From NCBI GenBank assembly GCA_965226495.1, contig OZ245365.1, positions 5,888,001 to 5,952,000 of the forward strand: a stretch of 64,000 nucleotides of DNA. Reading direction: 5' to 3'. The position numbers and the translations under genes are program-made. The notes under the pieces were generated by a model. The model worked only from the letters and a program-made list of their open reading frames with translations, did not search any database and was not told the DNA's origin. The DNA comes from Candidatus Marinacidobacterales bacterium (GTDB taxonomy: Bacteria > Acidobacteriota > Vicinamibacteria > Marinacidobacterales > DATDRI01). Each line of letters begins with the position of its first letter. The first letter of the stretch is position 1. Shown here piece after piece: positions 1 through 9,648 of this stretch.

Positions 1-472
1 GTACCAATCGGACCTCATGGACCCGCACACCCAGAGAGCGCCGATCCCCCTCTCCGGGGGTGAACGTCTCGGAACGGAAGACGATCTCGAGATCGGAGCG
101 CCACCAGCCACGTGTTTCCGCAGCGAAGGAGATCGTTTCGGGACGGCTTCCCGGTCTCGTTTGGAGGGACTCACCTTCCGCTTGGATGACGAGAAGCGGC
201 GGATCTTGACCAGGGTGACGGAAGCCCGAAACGTGTGTTTCCACCCGAGCCTTTAGGCCAGGCCCAGGGTCTGGAAAAACTAGGGAGCTCCGCGCTCTGG
301 TCCAACGATAGGCACCTTCGGCATCATGAAAGTTGTGAACGGTGAGAGCACCGAGTAGTCCTGAGCCGGGAGAAATCACGAGGGTAGGCCGAATAAGATA
401 GCCGAGACTCACGGCCACCAGCGATGCAAAGGCTAGCCAACGAAGCTCGGGAATCTTGACCCATCGACTCAC
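1..472 (-). CDS. Membrane-anchored hypothetical protein, runs off the window start
   Basis: Not in the ORF track. GTG at 472 reads open to position 2: MSRWVKIPELRWLAFASLVAVSLGYL...YRWT...DRRSLGVRVHEVRLV. It has a hydrophobic N-terminus and an RWT/DxRxLGV beta-rich module seen in envelope glycan-modifying proteins. Confidence 0.6.
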   Translation of the reverse strand, partial: MSRWVKIPELRWLAFASLVAVSLGYLIRPTLVISPGSGLLGALTVHNFHDAEGAYRWTRARSSLVFPDPGPGLKARVETHVSGFRHPGQDPPLLVIQAEGESLQTRPGSRPETISFAAETRGWWRSDLEIVFRSETFTPGEGDRRSLGVRVHEVRLV

Positions 473-575
473 TCGCTGCTTCACGCTCTGCAATCCCGCC
501 GCCCGATTGAGGTAAAGTTGGGTGCCCAGTATGTCCCGTTACTAGGAGTGTGTCGATGCTGAAAGGAGATCTCGG

Positions 576-2681
576 ATGAGCATCCGCGTCTCAACTCTGC
601 TTTGCTTGGCTTACTTGTCGGCGCCGCCGGACCTTTGGAGTCAGAGCTCGCCGATCGTTCCGGAGAGCGTCTGGGAGGCGCTGGCGAACGAGCTCTCTGG
701 CGACATAGCTTTCGACCACCTCCGACATCTAACTCTTTATCACTCTCCGAACGCGGCCTCCGAGGGATTTCGTCTTTCCGCGGAGTGGGTCGCGGCCAAG
801 GCAGAAGAAATAGGGCTCCAAGACGTCGAGACACTCTCGTTGAACAAGCCTACAAGAGGGTGGACCATCCGCGGCGGAGAAGCCCGAATCGTCTCCCCCT
901 TCGAGCTGAAGCTTGGCGATGTGCGCGAGACACCGCTCCGCGTCGCTGTTAATTCTCACGCAACCGATGTCACGGCTCCACTCGTGGACGTCGGTGAGGG
1001 AACGAAGGAGTCCGACTACGAGGGTAAGGACGAGGGTAAGGACGTGTTGGGCAAAGTTGTTTTCGCCTCCGGGGAGCCGGGTACGGTGCACCGTCTATCG
1101 GTATGGGAGCACGGGGCGGTCGGCGTCATTAGTTACGGGAGCCGACGTCGAGCCTATCCCGACCAAATGCCCTGGCGTCGGATCTCCGAGCGAGCGTCAG
1201 AAACGGAGAGTCCGAGCACCTTCGCCTGGATCCTCACGGAACGTGAGGGCGAGAGATTGCGAGAAAAGCTCGAACGCGCCGATGAGCCGATCGAAGTGAA
1301 GGTCAGTATCGATGCCGAGTTCGGCGAGTCTACCCGAGGAATCGTCGCAGGTTGGATTCGGGGGACCAACCCGAACCTATCGGCAGTCGTTTTGGTCGCG
1401 CACCTTCAGGAAGAAAAGCCCTCGGCCAACGACAATCGTTCCGGCTGCGCAAGTCTCCTCGAGATCGGCCGCAGCCTCGCTCGTTTGATCGAGGAGGGGA
1501 AGCTCCCTCGTCCCCGGCGGGACATCCGTTTTTGGTGGGTGGACGAGATCCGTGCGCCCTACCAGTATTTTGCCGAAAACCCGGATGCAGCAAAACGTAT
1601 GTTGGTAGCCTTCAACCAAGATATGGTGGGAGCGAAGCTCAGCCTGGGTCCACGCTCGGCGATACTCGGCCGAACGCCCTTCTCGCGGCCGAGTTTCGTG
1701 AACGACGTGGCGGTGAGTGTCTTCGAGACGGTACGCAGGGGGAACACGGCGTTCCCGTTCACGCGCGACGAGACGGACGAAGGGGGGTTCGCACGGCCGA
1801 TCGTCGCGACGCTAGGCACTCGGGAACCCTTCTGGGCGATGGCGGTCCCCGCTTTCGGTAACACCGATCACTTGGTTTTTAACGATGGACGGGTTGGAGT
1901 CCCTGCGGTGTCCCTGGACAACTGGCCGGATCCCTATATCCATTCCAGTGACGATGACCTTTGGCAAGTGGATCCCACGCAACTCGAAAGAAATGCCTTC
2001 GTGGTGGCCGCGACGGCTTACACCGTCGCTTCGTTGGGCGAGCCCAACATCGGTCGCCTCGCGGTCTTGCTGCAAGGAGGGGCGCAGACAAGGCTGGGAC
2101 GAGACGGAGCGTCGGCGCTGGCGCGACTCGTGGACGACTCGGCCGGATCCATTTCCTCTCGATACAAGGATGCCGAGATGCTTCTCTCGGTGTCCACCGC
2201 TCAAGAGATCGCGACCATCAATTCTGCTTTGGTCTTGGTGTCCTCCGGCGGGGCCGGTGAAAGGCTGTTGAAGCAAGTGCGGGCACGAGTAGACAACCTC
2301 GGTCGGACGCTTCAAGAAGACGTGGATGCATTCTACGAGGAGCGAACCGGCCAAGCTCCAAGAAGCGAGTTTTCCCCCGATGAAAAGGCGGCGGCCGAGA
2401 GGGTGCCGGAATGGACGATGTCGTTGGCGGAGAGTCTAGAAAAGATGATGCGGAGAGGTCCGCGCGCTGAGGTCGAAGGATTGCACGGTCTTTATCAGAC
2501 TGAGGTGCGCAACCTGGTTGATGGAAAACGGGCTGTGCTCGATATCTACCGTATGGTAGAGCAGCGTCTCTTTCCGTCGGCGAGTGGTACTACAGCCCGG
2601 TCGAGCTCGACGACGTGGTCGCGGTCCTCGAAGCCTCCGAGAAGGCTGGGGCGATCCGTATCAAGAGTCGGTAGTCAGTGA
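576..2681 (+). CDS. M28-family aminopeptidase with PA domain; C-terminus probably frameshifted near 2557
   Basis: Signal peptide, PA-like insert, and Zn-ligand motifs AH...ANDNRSG, DEI, NQDMVG and IHSSDD. Confidence 0.85.
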   Translation: MSIRVSTLLCLAYLSAPPDLWSQSSPIVPESVWEALANELSGDIAFDHLRHLTLYHSPNAASEGFRLSAEWVAAKAEEIGLQDVETLSLNKPTRGWTIRGGEARIVSPFELKLGDVRETPLRVAVNSHATDVTAPLVDVGEGTKESDYEGKDEGKDVLGKVVFASGEPGTVHRLSVWEHGAVGVISYGSRRRAYPDQMPWRRISERASETESPSTFAWILTEREGERLREKLERADEPIEVKVSIDAEFGESTRGIVAGWIRGTNPNLSAVVLVAHLQEEKPSANDNRSGCASLLEIGRSLARLIEEGKLPRPRRDIRFWWVDEIRAPYQYFAENPDAAKRMLVAFNQDMVGAKLSLGPRSAILGRTPFSRPSFVNDVAVSVFETVRRGNTAFPFTRDETDEGGFARPIVATLGTREPFWAMAVPAFGNTDHLVFNDGRVGVPAVSLDNWPDPYIHSSDDDLWQVDPTQLERNAFVVAATAYTVASLGEPNIGRLAVLLQGGAQTRLGRDGASALARLVDDSAGSISSRYKDAEMLLSVSTAQEIATINSALVLVSSGGAGERLLKQVRARVDNLGRTLQEDVDAFYEERTGQAPRSEFSPDEKAAAERVPEWTMSLAESLEKMMRRGPRAEVEGLHGLYQTEVRNLVDGKRAVLDIYRMVEQRLFPSASGTTARSSSTTWSRSSKPPRRLGRSVSRVGSQ

Positions 2682-2714
2682 GCAGTGATCAGTGATCAGT
2701 GATCAGTGACCAGT
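2676..2714. repeat. Heptamer tandem repeat (CAGTGAT-like, about 5 copies)
   Basis: cagtgag cagtgat cagtgat cagtgat cagtgac cagt, followed by a partial inverted copy actgattactg. Confidence 0.85.
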
Positions 2715-2819
2715 ACATCCAATAGTTGATAACTGATTACTGGTTTTCCTCGTACAGACGGAGGGGTCCTCCTGAAGGTCTCTCTCAGGGGACTTGCAAA
2801 GACTAGGTTGGTTTAGTCT

Positions 2820-3149
2820 TTAATTTTTTGACGTGCTCGAAGCACTCGCCGCAGGGCCGCTCTTGGAGCGGTTCTTTTCAGATTGGGTTGTTTTAGGAGT
2901 GCTATCGGAGCTTTCACTTTCGCTCTTACTGGATGAGTCCTGTTCGCTCTTGCTGGATGAGTCCTGGCCTTTGCGGGCGTAGTCGGTGACGTACCACCCG
3001 GTCCCTTTGAATTGAATTGCCGGGGAGGATAAGAGCCGTTCGACCTTACCTTTGCACTTCACGCACGAGGTGAGCGGCGAGTCTGCCACCTTCTGCAGCA
3101 TCTCAAAGCGGTGGCCGCAAATCTCGCACTCGTATTCATAAAGAGGCAC
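2820..3149 (-). CDS. FmdB-family zinc-ribbon protein
   Basis: PLYEYECEICG...CVKC...FKGTGWYVTDY with a Ser-rich tail (QDSSSKSE twice); GTG start at 3149 preferred over 3200. Confidence 0.9.
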   Translation of the reverse strand: MPLYEYECEICGHRFEMLQKVADSPLTSCVKCKGKVERLLSSPAIQFKGTGWYVTDYARKGQDSSSKSEQDSSSKSESESSDSTPKTTQSEKNRSKSGPAASASSTSKN

Positions 3150-3156
3150 AAAAACA

Positions 3157-3185
3157 ACTATACCACTTGGAAGCAGATCCGTCAA
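3157..3185 (-). promoter_or_regulatory. Sigma70 promoter, probably leaderless, for the FmdB-family gene
   Basis: TTGACG-N17-TATAGT ending 7 nt before the GTG. Confidence 0.65.
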
Positions 3186-3303
3186 CCCTTTGATCGGCAA
3201 GGTGTTACGAAGAAGCGGTTTCCCAGCGGCCCCGCTCCCGACCTCACCCGGAGCTCGAAACCTGTTCTACACTCTCGACTTGCTGGACTTTGCAAGCCAG
3301 GGC

Positions 3304-3786
3304 TCACCAGGCGCCGAGCAGGCGTCGCACCACGACCAACTCGCCCAGGTGGTAAGCATTGTGATCGGCCAACACCAAGACCTCTCGTAGGACGGTTTGC
3401 CCATCTCCATGCGGGATGGGAGCGTAAAGGTCGGTCGCTGGGTCCTGGACGAATTCCCGAAACATTTTGAGATCCGCCTGAAAGAGCCCGACGCTCCACT
3501 CCCACGACCCGGGCTCCGGTGGTGCCGCTTCTTCCGGCCAGTAACCGGCTGGAAAATCTGGAGATACGTGCTTGGGGTTGCGACTGAACTCCAAGATGTC
3601 CCGCTGCGCGATCCGTAAATGCTCCAAGATCTCCCAGGGGGTGTGCGGTGCTCCTTGCGGTCTCTTCGCCTGAAGCTTCAAAGGTAGGGCGGAGGTGGCG
3701 GTGTCGAAGTCCACATGGGCCTGTTTTCCGGTAAGGAGCTTGCCGAGATGCTCTCGAAGCGTCCGGTCTTCACTTGAAGGGCTCAA
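3304..3786 (-). CDS. DinB-family protein
   Basis: AH...PWEILEHLRIAQRDIL...ADHNAYHLG His triad; TTG start with an upstream GAGG. Confidence 0.85.
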   Translation of the reverse strand: MSPSSEDRTLREHLGKLLTGKQAHVDFDTATSALPLKLQAKRPQGAPHTPWEILEHLRIAQRDILEFSRNPKHVSPDFPAGYWPEEAAPPEPGSWEWSVGLFQADLKMFREFVQDPATDLYAPIPHGDGQTVLREVLVLADHNAYHLGELVVVRRLLGAW

Positions 3787-3817
3787 TCGGTTCCACCTCT
3801 GTGACGTTTCATGAGTC

Positions 3818-4429
3818 TTACGAAAGCTCGACTTGCCCTTTCGCGGTGTCGAGAGTCGCCTTGAGCCTTTCGGCGACACCCTTTCTGACGTCGACGTCCA
3901 ATCGAAACGCGGCGAGAAGAGCTCTTACGTCTTCGGGATGCTGAGCTTCGATCTCCAGCCGCACCAAGTTACACCCGATGGGCGCATCTTGGCCAGGATG
4001 AGCAGTACCTCCCCATTCGATGAATCCCGGAACATCAGGAAGTAGTCCTCGACCCTCGATAGTCGCGAAACTCCAGCGGAGCACCGTTCCGTCCGGCTTT
4101 CGGCGGGACTCGGAAACCTTGGCGATTGGATAGCCGTGTTCCTTGCCGCGCGCGACAAGCTCTTTCATGTCGTTGACCCGGGCGACCCAGCTAATGAGGC
4201 ACCCTTGTTCGAGCTCTGCCAATTCGGTAGCTAGACCGGAAACGTTTCCTTGTCCGGGGTCGGGAGCGATGATCTCCAAGTAGCGACTCTCCCCCAACGA
4301 GAGAAGGGCGTTCCGGGTTCCGAGGCCGGGATGGCTTCCCCCGTGAGCCGCCCGAACTCCGGTCCGGCCCGCGATTTCGTCGATCCCACGCTGGAGGTCG
4401 TGGGTTCCCCAAATTAGATGGTCGAGCAT
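3818..4429 (-). CDS. VOC/glyoxalase-like protein
   Basis: LDHL...GGSHPGLGTRNAL...YLEIIAPD...FIEW. Confidence 0.9.
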   Translation of the reverse strand: MLDHLIWGTHDLQRGIDEIAGRTGVRAAHGGSHPGLGTRNALLSLGESRYLEIIAPDPGQGNVSGLATELAELEQGCLISWVARVNDMKELVARGKEHGYPIAKVSESRRKPDGTVLRWSFATIEGRGLLPDVPGFIEWGGTAHPGQDAPIGCNLVRLEIEAQHPEDVRALLAAFRLDVDVRKGVAERLKATLDTAKGQVELS

Positions 4430-4547
4430 TACCTAGTACTCGCTCGGCTCTTCCATTAATGCCTCGCCGCTCTTCGCGGCTCGGTTTGCCGCTTCGGGAT
4501 GTTACCCTACGCGGCAGCTGAAGGCTCCGCCTCGCTCCCGGGGAAGC

Positions 4548-5612
4548 TCAATCAGTCGCTGCGTTCTCTCGGGCTCGCTTCGCCAGCGTCGTGCCGACGA
4601 GCGCGCCCACGGTACCCGCTAAGAAACCGGCGGGAACATCGACCCCGTGGTGGTAGCGCGTGTAGACGCACGCGAGGCTCAGCCCCGCTGCAAAAAAGCC
4701 AAGGACGAGAGACGCACGCCGATGAAACGGCGCCAAACCGAAGACCATTCCCCAACTGCCCGCAACGTGCGAACTGGGGAAGCAACCTCCCGACACCGCG
4801 CCTCGTTCGATGATCCATTCGATGATCGGGGTAAAGACGATTCCCTCGAAAGGCTTGAGACCCGCCATCACTTCTGGATTCTCCCAGGGTCCTCTGGCAG
4901 GAAGCCAGGGATACCAGATGAAACAGAGAAAGAAGGCAAGCATCATGGAAGTGATGGCGCCCTCGAACCCAGGGCCGGGCTCACCCTTTGTTCCTTTAGG
5001 CTCGAACCACGCGACCGTCACCCCGCCGATTAGAATGAGGTAATACGAAAAATAGAAGGCATGCAGGATCTCGTCTTGGGGTAGTCCTTCCCAGCCTGAC
5101 ATAAGAAGCGCGGGCAGATCGCCGAAGAGCCAGCGGTCCACCGCATAGAGCTTCGGCTCGAACCAGTAAGGCGACGCGGGTGCGATCGCATTGACAGTCT
5201 GCTGGACTTCCTCGAAGTAGAGCACGACCAGGAGAAGCGGATAGCTGTATCGGAGGAATCGCGCGCCCCCGCGAACCATTTTCCGCCAAATCGGCTCATC
5301 CGGCGGAGCCAGCTCCCAGCGCGCCCCGCGCGGCGGAAGAACGAAGACCCCAAATACGACGAGGGCGTGAAGTACGAGAATGGGTAAGGGGTCGGCGATG
5401 CTGTTATAGCAAGCAAGGACGAGCAAAGCGGTCAGCACCGTGTAGAGAATGACCGCGCCATCCAACGCTGCCCAGGGTTGTATTCCTTTCCATCGAGTCT
5501 GCACAGGTTCGTCGGCCCTCGAGGCTTCGGGGTCTACTATAGCGAAACCGCCAGGAGCTCCTTCACCCGCCAGGCGGTTAGTTTGTTCTAGCAAAGGCAG
5601 ATCCTTCATCAC
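4548..5612 (-). CDS. PAP2-superfamily membrane phosphatase/phosphotransferase (AUR1/IPC-synthase-like subgroup)
   Basis: Multiple TM segments, PARGP, CFPSSH, TRYHHGVD; GGAGG RBS. Confidence 0.85.
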   Translation of the reverse strand: MMKDLPLLEQTNRLAGEGAPGGFAIVDPEASRADEPVQTRWKGIQPWAALDGAVILYTVLTALLVLACYNSIADPLPILVLHALVVFGVFVLPPRGARWELAPPDEPIWRKMVRGGARFLRYSYPLLLVVLYFEEVQQTVNAIAPASPYWFEPKLYAVDRWLFGDLPALLMSGWEGLPQDEILHAFYFSYYLILIGGVTVAWFEPKGTKGEPGPGFEGAITSMMLAFFLCFIWYPWLPARGPWENPEVMAGLKPFEGIVFTPIIEWIIERGAVSGGCFPSSHVAGSWGMVFGLAPFHRRASLVLGFFAAGLSLACVYTRYHHGVDVPAGFLAGTVGALVGTTLAKRARENAATD

Positions 5613-5661
5613 ACCTCCCCGACCTCTGGTCTCGAACCGACCGGGTCGCGAATGTCTTCGA

Positions 5662-5697
5662 ATATCCGGGCGGATAGATTCCTATCCGTTCGGATAG
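5662..5697. promoter_or_regulatory. Putative operator array A
   Basis: ATATCC-gggc-GGATAG-attc-CTATCC-gttc-GGATAG; matches the arrays at 9461 and 53052. Confidence 0.6.
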
Positions 5698-5768
5698 CGT
5701 CGTACGTCGTGCCGGTGGCGAGAAGGCCGCGCTAGAAGCGGGCTTGCACGGCCGGCAACGGGCCACAT

Positions 5769-5784
5769 TGCAAGCGCTGTGCCG
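5769..5784 (-). promoter_or_regulatory. Putative sigma54 promoter for the PAP2 gene
   Basis: CGGCACAGCGCTTGCA (GG-N10-GC, close to consensus TGGCACG-N4-TTGCW). Confidence 0.6.
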
Positions 5785-5796
5785 AGCTCTTGGAGG

Positions 5797-6858
5797 CTAA
5801 AATGTCCAGCCGAGTGAGGTCGCAATGCTGAAGTCGTTGCGGGAGAAGGTCTGAACGGGGGGATCGCTATCGAAGCTCTCGTAGACGTTGACGCCAAAAA
5901 AGAGATCTTTGATGAGCTCGACTCGAACGCTGCCCTCCACCCGTAGGCGGACGCGACCCCATGTCGTCAGGTTCGGAAAAACGAAGAAACGTCCCGTGAT
6001 CTCTACCTTCGGGGTGTCGTAGCTAAAGGTTTCGTACTCTAAGCCGGCGATCGCCTCGCTGCTGGTGATGAAGTCCGTGTCCACGTACTTTTCTCTTGCG
6101 ACGCCGAGGCCGCCGATGACCGAAAGATCACTTCTGGTGGATTGGTAGAGGTGACGGCCGGCGCCCCCACCAAAGAGCCCGCGGAACTCCAAACCCTGTG
6201 TCGAGCTCTGTTGGAAGGAAGAGAGGCCGAAAGCGTACCATCGAGATCCCAAAAACCATTCATAACCTAGGTCGAGAACATTACGCGTGATTCTTTCTGC
6301 GCCTTCCTGATCCTGTAAGAGCGAACTGAAGTGTGTTGTGGCCAGATACTTTCGGGTCCGATAATTCGCCTGCGCATCGAGAGCCCATTTTTCTGCGCTA
6401 TTGGCCTCGGCGAAGCTATAGCCCAAGCTGAACGACCCCTTGACGCGCTCCCAGAAGCTTTCTTCAAAAGGCTCGATCTCGACCACCCGGAGGTAATCGA
6501 CGGGCACTTTGTCGCCGATGGAAACGACATCCAGGACCTGATTCTTGTCCCCCGGCGCGAGGGAGCCGACCAACCGGAGGCCGGAGCGGAGCGCCACGGT
6601 ATAGCGGTACTGGCTGGTGACCTTCTCGATCTTTTCCCATTCGATCTCCACCGTTCCCATGGAGTCGGTGCGGACGGTCAGCTTTCCACGCTCGAGCTTC
6701 TTGATCTCGCCCGTGACGTGGTCGCCATTAATGAGAATGATGACGTCTGTCTTGGGACGTGCCTGGACGGGACTCGCCGCGAGCGCGAACAGGGCGCCGA
6801 TAGCGGCTGTACGACTGAGCCTTGACTTGAAAAGGACGTTTTTTTCCAGACTAAACAT
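5797..6858 (-). CDS. DUF481-like outer-membrane beta-barrel protein
   Basis: Signal peptide, D.IIL.NGD..TGEI N-domain, amphipathic strands, C-terminal LGWTF. Confidence 0.8.
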   Translation of the reverse strand: MFSLEKNVLFKSRLSRTAAIGALFALAASPVQARPKTDVIILINGDHVTGEIKKLERGKLTVRTDSMGTVEIEWEKIEKVTSQYRYTVALRSGLRLVGSLAPGDKNQVLDVVSIGDKVPVDYLRVVEIEPFEESFWERVKGSFSLGYSFAEANSAEKWALDAQANYRTRKYLATTHFSSLLQDQEGAERITRNVLDLGYEWFLGSRWYAFGLSSFQQSSTQGLEFRGLFGGGAGRHLYQSTRSDLSVIGGLGVAREKYVDTDFITSSEAIAGLEYETFSYDTPKVEITGRFFVFPNLTTWGRVRLRVEGSVRVELIKDLFFGVNVYESFDSDPPVQTFSRNDFSIATSLGWTF

Positions 6859-7014
6859 GGGTTCCTCTGTAGATTCCGGGAGCTCCAGACGACTGTTTCC
6901 ATGGCATGGTGAAGTTTCCTACCAGAACGTGGTATTTTACCAGTGGCTCCCTGCAGTAACCGCCACCCGCGGGACTTGCTGGGTCAGTACAGATTGAGAG
7001 GAGCGAAACGAAAA

Positions 7015-7416
7015 ATGAGAAAGTACCTGATGATTCTACTTGCCGGCGGGATGCTGGCTTCCTGCAGTACTGCGACCGAGGTTAGCGAGCTCTCCGCCAT
7101 CCAAGGCGACTGGGAGTTGGTCTCCATCGGAGGGAGTCAAGTCCCGGTGCCCGCGCGCTACACGATTGTGTTCAACGCGGATGGCAGCTTCAACGCACGC
7201 AATGATTGCAATCAGTGCAGCGGCGGCTACACGACGGAAGGTAACAACATTAGCACCGGCGGCGCGGTTGCTTGCACGCGGGCTTTTTGTGCGCCTCCTT
7301 CCTTCTTTGACGAGTACGCCGCGGCTCTCTCGAGCATGTCCTCGTTTATAAGGGAAGGCGCGGAGCTCCGCATTCAATACGCCGGAGGCGTGCTGGTTTA
7401 TCGCGTAGCCGAGTAA
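7015..7416 (+). CDS. META/HslJ-domain lipoprotein
   Basis: Lipobox LASC; W.LVSI...DCN...G.Y...CTRAFC. Confidence 0.85.
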   Translation: MRKYLMILLAGGMLASCSTATEVSELSAIQGDWELVSIGGSQVPVPARYTIVFNADGSFNARNDCNQCSGGYTTEGNNISTGGAVACTRAFCAPPSFFDEYAAALSSMSSFIREGAELRIQYAGGVLVYRVAE

Positions 7417-7444
7417 GCACTAGCCACAACTTGGGAGTGACACC

Positions 7445-8344
7445 TTGGACCATCTGCAACGGCGTACCGACGCCGTCATTGCGGGCTACCTATTAACCAC
7501 TGCGGTCCTGGTAGCGGCGTTTCACCAGCAATTCGCGCCCTGGAAGTCGCTCGTGGCGGTCCATTTACTCGCGAGCGCCTTCATCTCCAGTCTCCGTTTT
7601 CTACCACCCAAGCTGCCGGGGGCCGTGCAATTCTTCCGCGACTGGTATCCGGTGATGGTTCTCCCTCTGCTCTACAAGGAAGTCGCGGTCTTCGCCGCAG
7701 CGTTCGGCAATTGGGGCCTCACCGCGGTTCTCCAAGACCTCGAGGTGAGCCTGTTCGCCGGTCATCCGAGCCTCTACTTGAGTGAACACCTCCCGTGGGC
7801 CCCTCTTTCAGAATATTTGCATTTCTGCTACTTCGCGTATGTGTTGATGGTTCCCGCGGTGGGAGGCTATTGGTATTACACGAAGCAGCTGACGAAATTT
7901 CGTGAGCTGGTGTTTCTCGTTTCCGTGACGTTGACGGTGAGCTACCTCTTCTTCGTCTTGTTCCCAGTGGATAGCCCCTTCTATCTCTCAGAGCCGCTTG
8001 GTGAGCCGCTCGCCGGCAACTTTTTCTACGAGTTGGTGCACTTCATGGCCGGGCAGGGCGGTGCGCGAGGTGGTGCCTTTCCCAGTTCTCACGTCTCTGT
8101 CTCGACGGTGGTCCTACTCGTGGTCTGGAACCATGACCGTCGGCTGGGTTACTTCCTGGCGCCGATCGTCGCAGGCATCTACGTGGCGACCGTCTACGGT
8201 CGTTTCCACTACGCACTAGACGTGATCGCCGGTCTCGCCCTGGCGGTTGCGATCGTGGGAAGTTATCGCGCGGTCGCCGGCCGCGAGGTGGAAGCTCGTG
8301 GTCCGACCCCGGAGGCGACGCTCACGGACAGCCCTTTGGGCTGA
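7445..8344 (+). CDS. PAP2-superfamily membrane protein (AUR1-like), paralog of 4548-5612
   Basis: FPVDSP, AFPSSH, YGRFHYALD. Confidence 0.85.
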   Translation: MDHLQRRTDAVIAGYLLTTAVLVAAFHQQFAPWKSLVAVHLLASAFISSLRFLPPKLPGAVQFFRDWYPVMVLPLLYKEVAVFAAAFGNWGLTAVLQDLEVSLFAGHPSLYLSEHLPWAPLSEYLHFCYFAYVLMVPAVGGYWYYTKQLTKFRELVFLVSVTLTVSYLFFVLFPVDSPFYLSEPLGEPLAGNFFYELVHFMAGQGGARGGAFPSSHVSVSTVVLLVVWNHDRRLGYFLAPIVAGIYVATVYGRFHYALDVIAGLALAVAIVGSYRAVAGREVEARGPTPEATLTDSPLG

Positions 8345-9392
8345 GATCGGGCCGGCCGATCCCTTCTTGGGTTCCGCACCAAGAGTACACAAGGTTGATG
8401 TCCTCGGCGGTGGGTGGAGTCACCACGCGCGCCTTCTCTTTGGTGTTGAGAACGTCGTAGAAGTCCATACGGATTCGCTTCGGGTCGATTTCCACGATCG
8501 CGAAACCGAAATTCTGCGAGAAGTGTCGCTGAGTGAGTGACGGCTGTTGTTTCGGCGGGTTGTTCTTGCCTTTGCTCTTCCCGGCCGCTCCTTGCACGAT
8601 CTGCTCGAAACCCTGCGCGGTCAGGTGCTCCTGATGATGAGCATGCCCCGCCAAGTATACGTGGACACCGCATTCTCGGATTAAAGGGTTTTCGATCAGC
8701 GCTCGCGTCCGCTCTTCTTTGGAATCTCCTCGGTGGTGTCCGCTGTTGTAGGCCGGCTGATGTCCGAAGACTAGCTTCCAACGATTGGCTTGCCTCTCCG
8801 CGCAAAGCGCCTTCTTCGCGGACGCGATTTGAAGTCCGTTCAAATCGCGCCTCTCGTCGGTATCGGTGTGAAGGGCATAAATTTGGATCCACTCCGGCAA
8901 CAGCGGAACCTCGTAGTGGAAGGTAGGGAACCGCCAGAGGGTGCTGAACTCGGAGTAGGTGAGCATGGCGGCGATCGCGTTCTTGCGATAATCGTGATTC
9001 CCCAGCGCCACCCAAAAATGAAAGCCGGGTAGGTCACGGAACGACTCGTAGGGTGCTTCGAATTTGTCATCGAACTGACGGATGATCTCTCGATAGCTCG
9101 CATCGACATTGTCTCGTGACTTCACTTCGATGCCGTCTTCGTAGATGTTGTCGCCGAGCATCAACGCAAAGTCGCACTGCCTTTCGCGGCAGACTTCGTA
9201 CATGGCCTGGCCGACGCGATACTGACCCGCCTCGCCAGTGCCCCCGTCACCGAAAACGAGGAGCACGAGCTTATCGCGATCGCTAAGGTCGGTGACGTCG
9301 AAGGGCCATGCATTTTGAATCGCGGCCAAAGCCCAGCCTGCGAAACCTACGAATAGTCCGGCCATCCCTAGAATCCACGATTTGCGTCTCAT
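8322..9392 (-). CDS. Exported metallophosphoesterase (purple acid phosphatase/TRAP-like)
   Basis: GD.G, GDNIY, GNHDY, GH, GHAH motifs; signal peptide. Confidence 0.9.
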   Translation of the reverse strand: MRRKSWILGMAGLFVGFAGWALAAIQNAWPFDVTDLSDRDKLVLLVFGDGGTGEAGQYRVGQAMYEVCRERQCDFALMLGDNIYEDGIEVKSRDNVDASYREIIRQFDDKFEAPYESFRDLPGFHFWVALGNHDYRKNAIAAMLTYSEFSTLWRFPTFHYEVPLLPEWIQIYALHTDTDERRDLNGLQIASAKKALCAERQANRWKLVFGHQPAYNSGHHRGDSKEERTRALIENPLIRECGVHVYLAGHAHHQEHLTAQGFEQIVQGAAGKSKGKNNPPKQQPSLTQRHFSQNFGFAIVEIDPKRIRMDFYDVLNTKEKARVVTPPTAEDINLVYSWCGTQEGIGRPDLSPKGCP

Positions 9393-9460
9393 TCAACTCT
9401 CCGCCTTAAAATCTTTGTACATTGTATTCCAACGCGCCGCGTCCGGGGAGCTCACCGCGC

Positions 9461-9486
9461 GGATAGCGTCCTATCCTTTTGGTTAG
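9461..9486. promoter_or_regulatory. Putative operator/UAS array B
   Basis: GGATAG-cgtc-CTATCC-tttt-GGTTAG, about 120 bp upstream of a sigma54 site. Confidence 0.6.
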
Positions 9487-9605
9487 GGCGTCCCATGGAA
9501 AGTCCACCCCGAGAGTAGGTCCGTGTCTCTCTGCTTTTCATTGAACCGTTGACGAATCATTGACTTGCGGTTCGATAGGCCTTTTTTCGAAGTCGCTACG
9601 CGGGG

Positions 9606-9621
9606 TGGAACAGACGTTGCA
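9606..9621 (+). promoter_or_regulatory. Putative sigma54 promoter for the ABC operon
   Basis: TGGAACAGACGTTGCA (GG-N10-GC). Confidence 0.65.
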
Positions 9622-9648
9622 GTAGGACCGGCCGGAGGATCTGACGGA

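Noticed and set aside
17-256. 79-aa plus-strand ORF
   Set aside because: The minus-strand frame from 472 gives a more protein-like product.
5590-5605. Alternative sigma54 site inside the PAP2 start
   Set aside because: It has GG-N10-GC but lacks the GGCAC core, and it overlaps a well-supported start.
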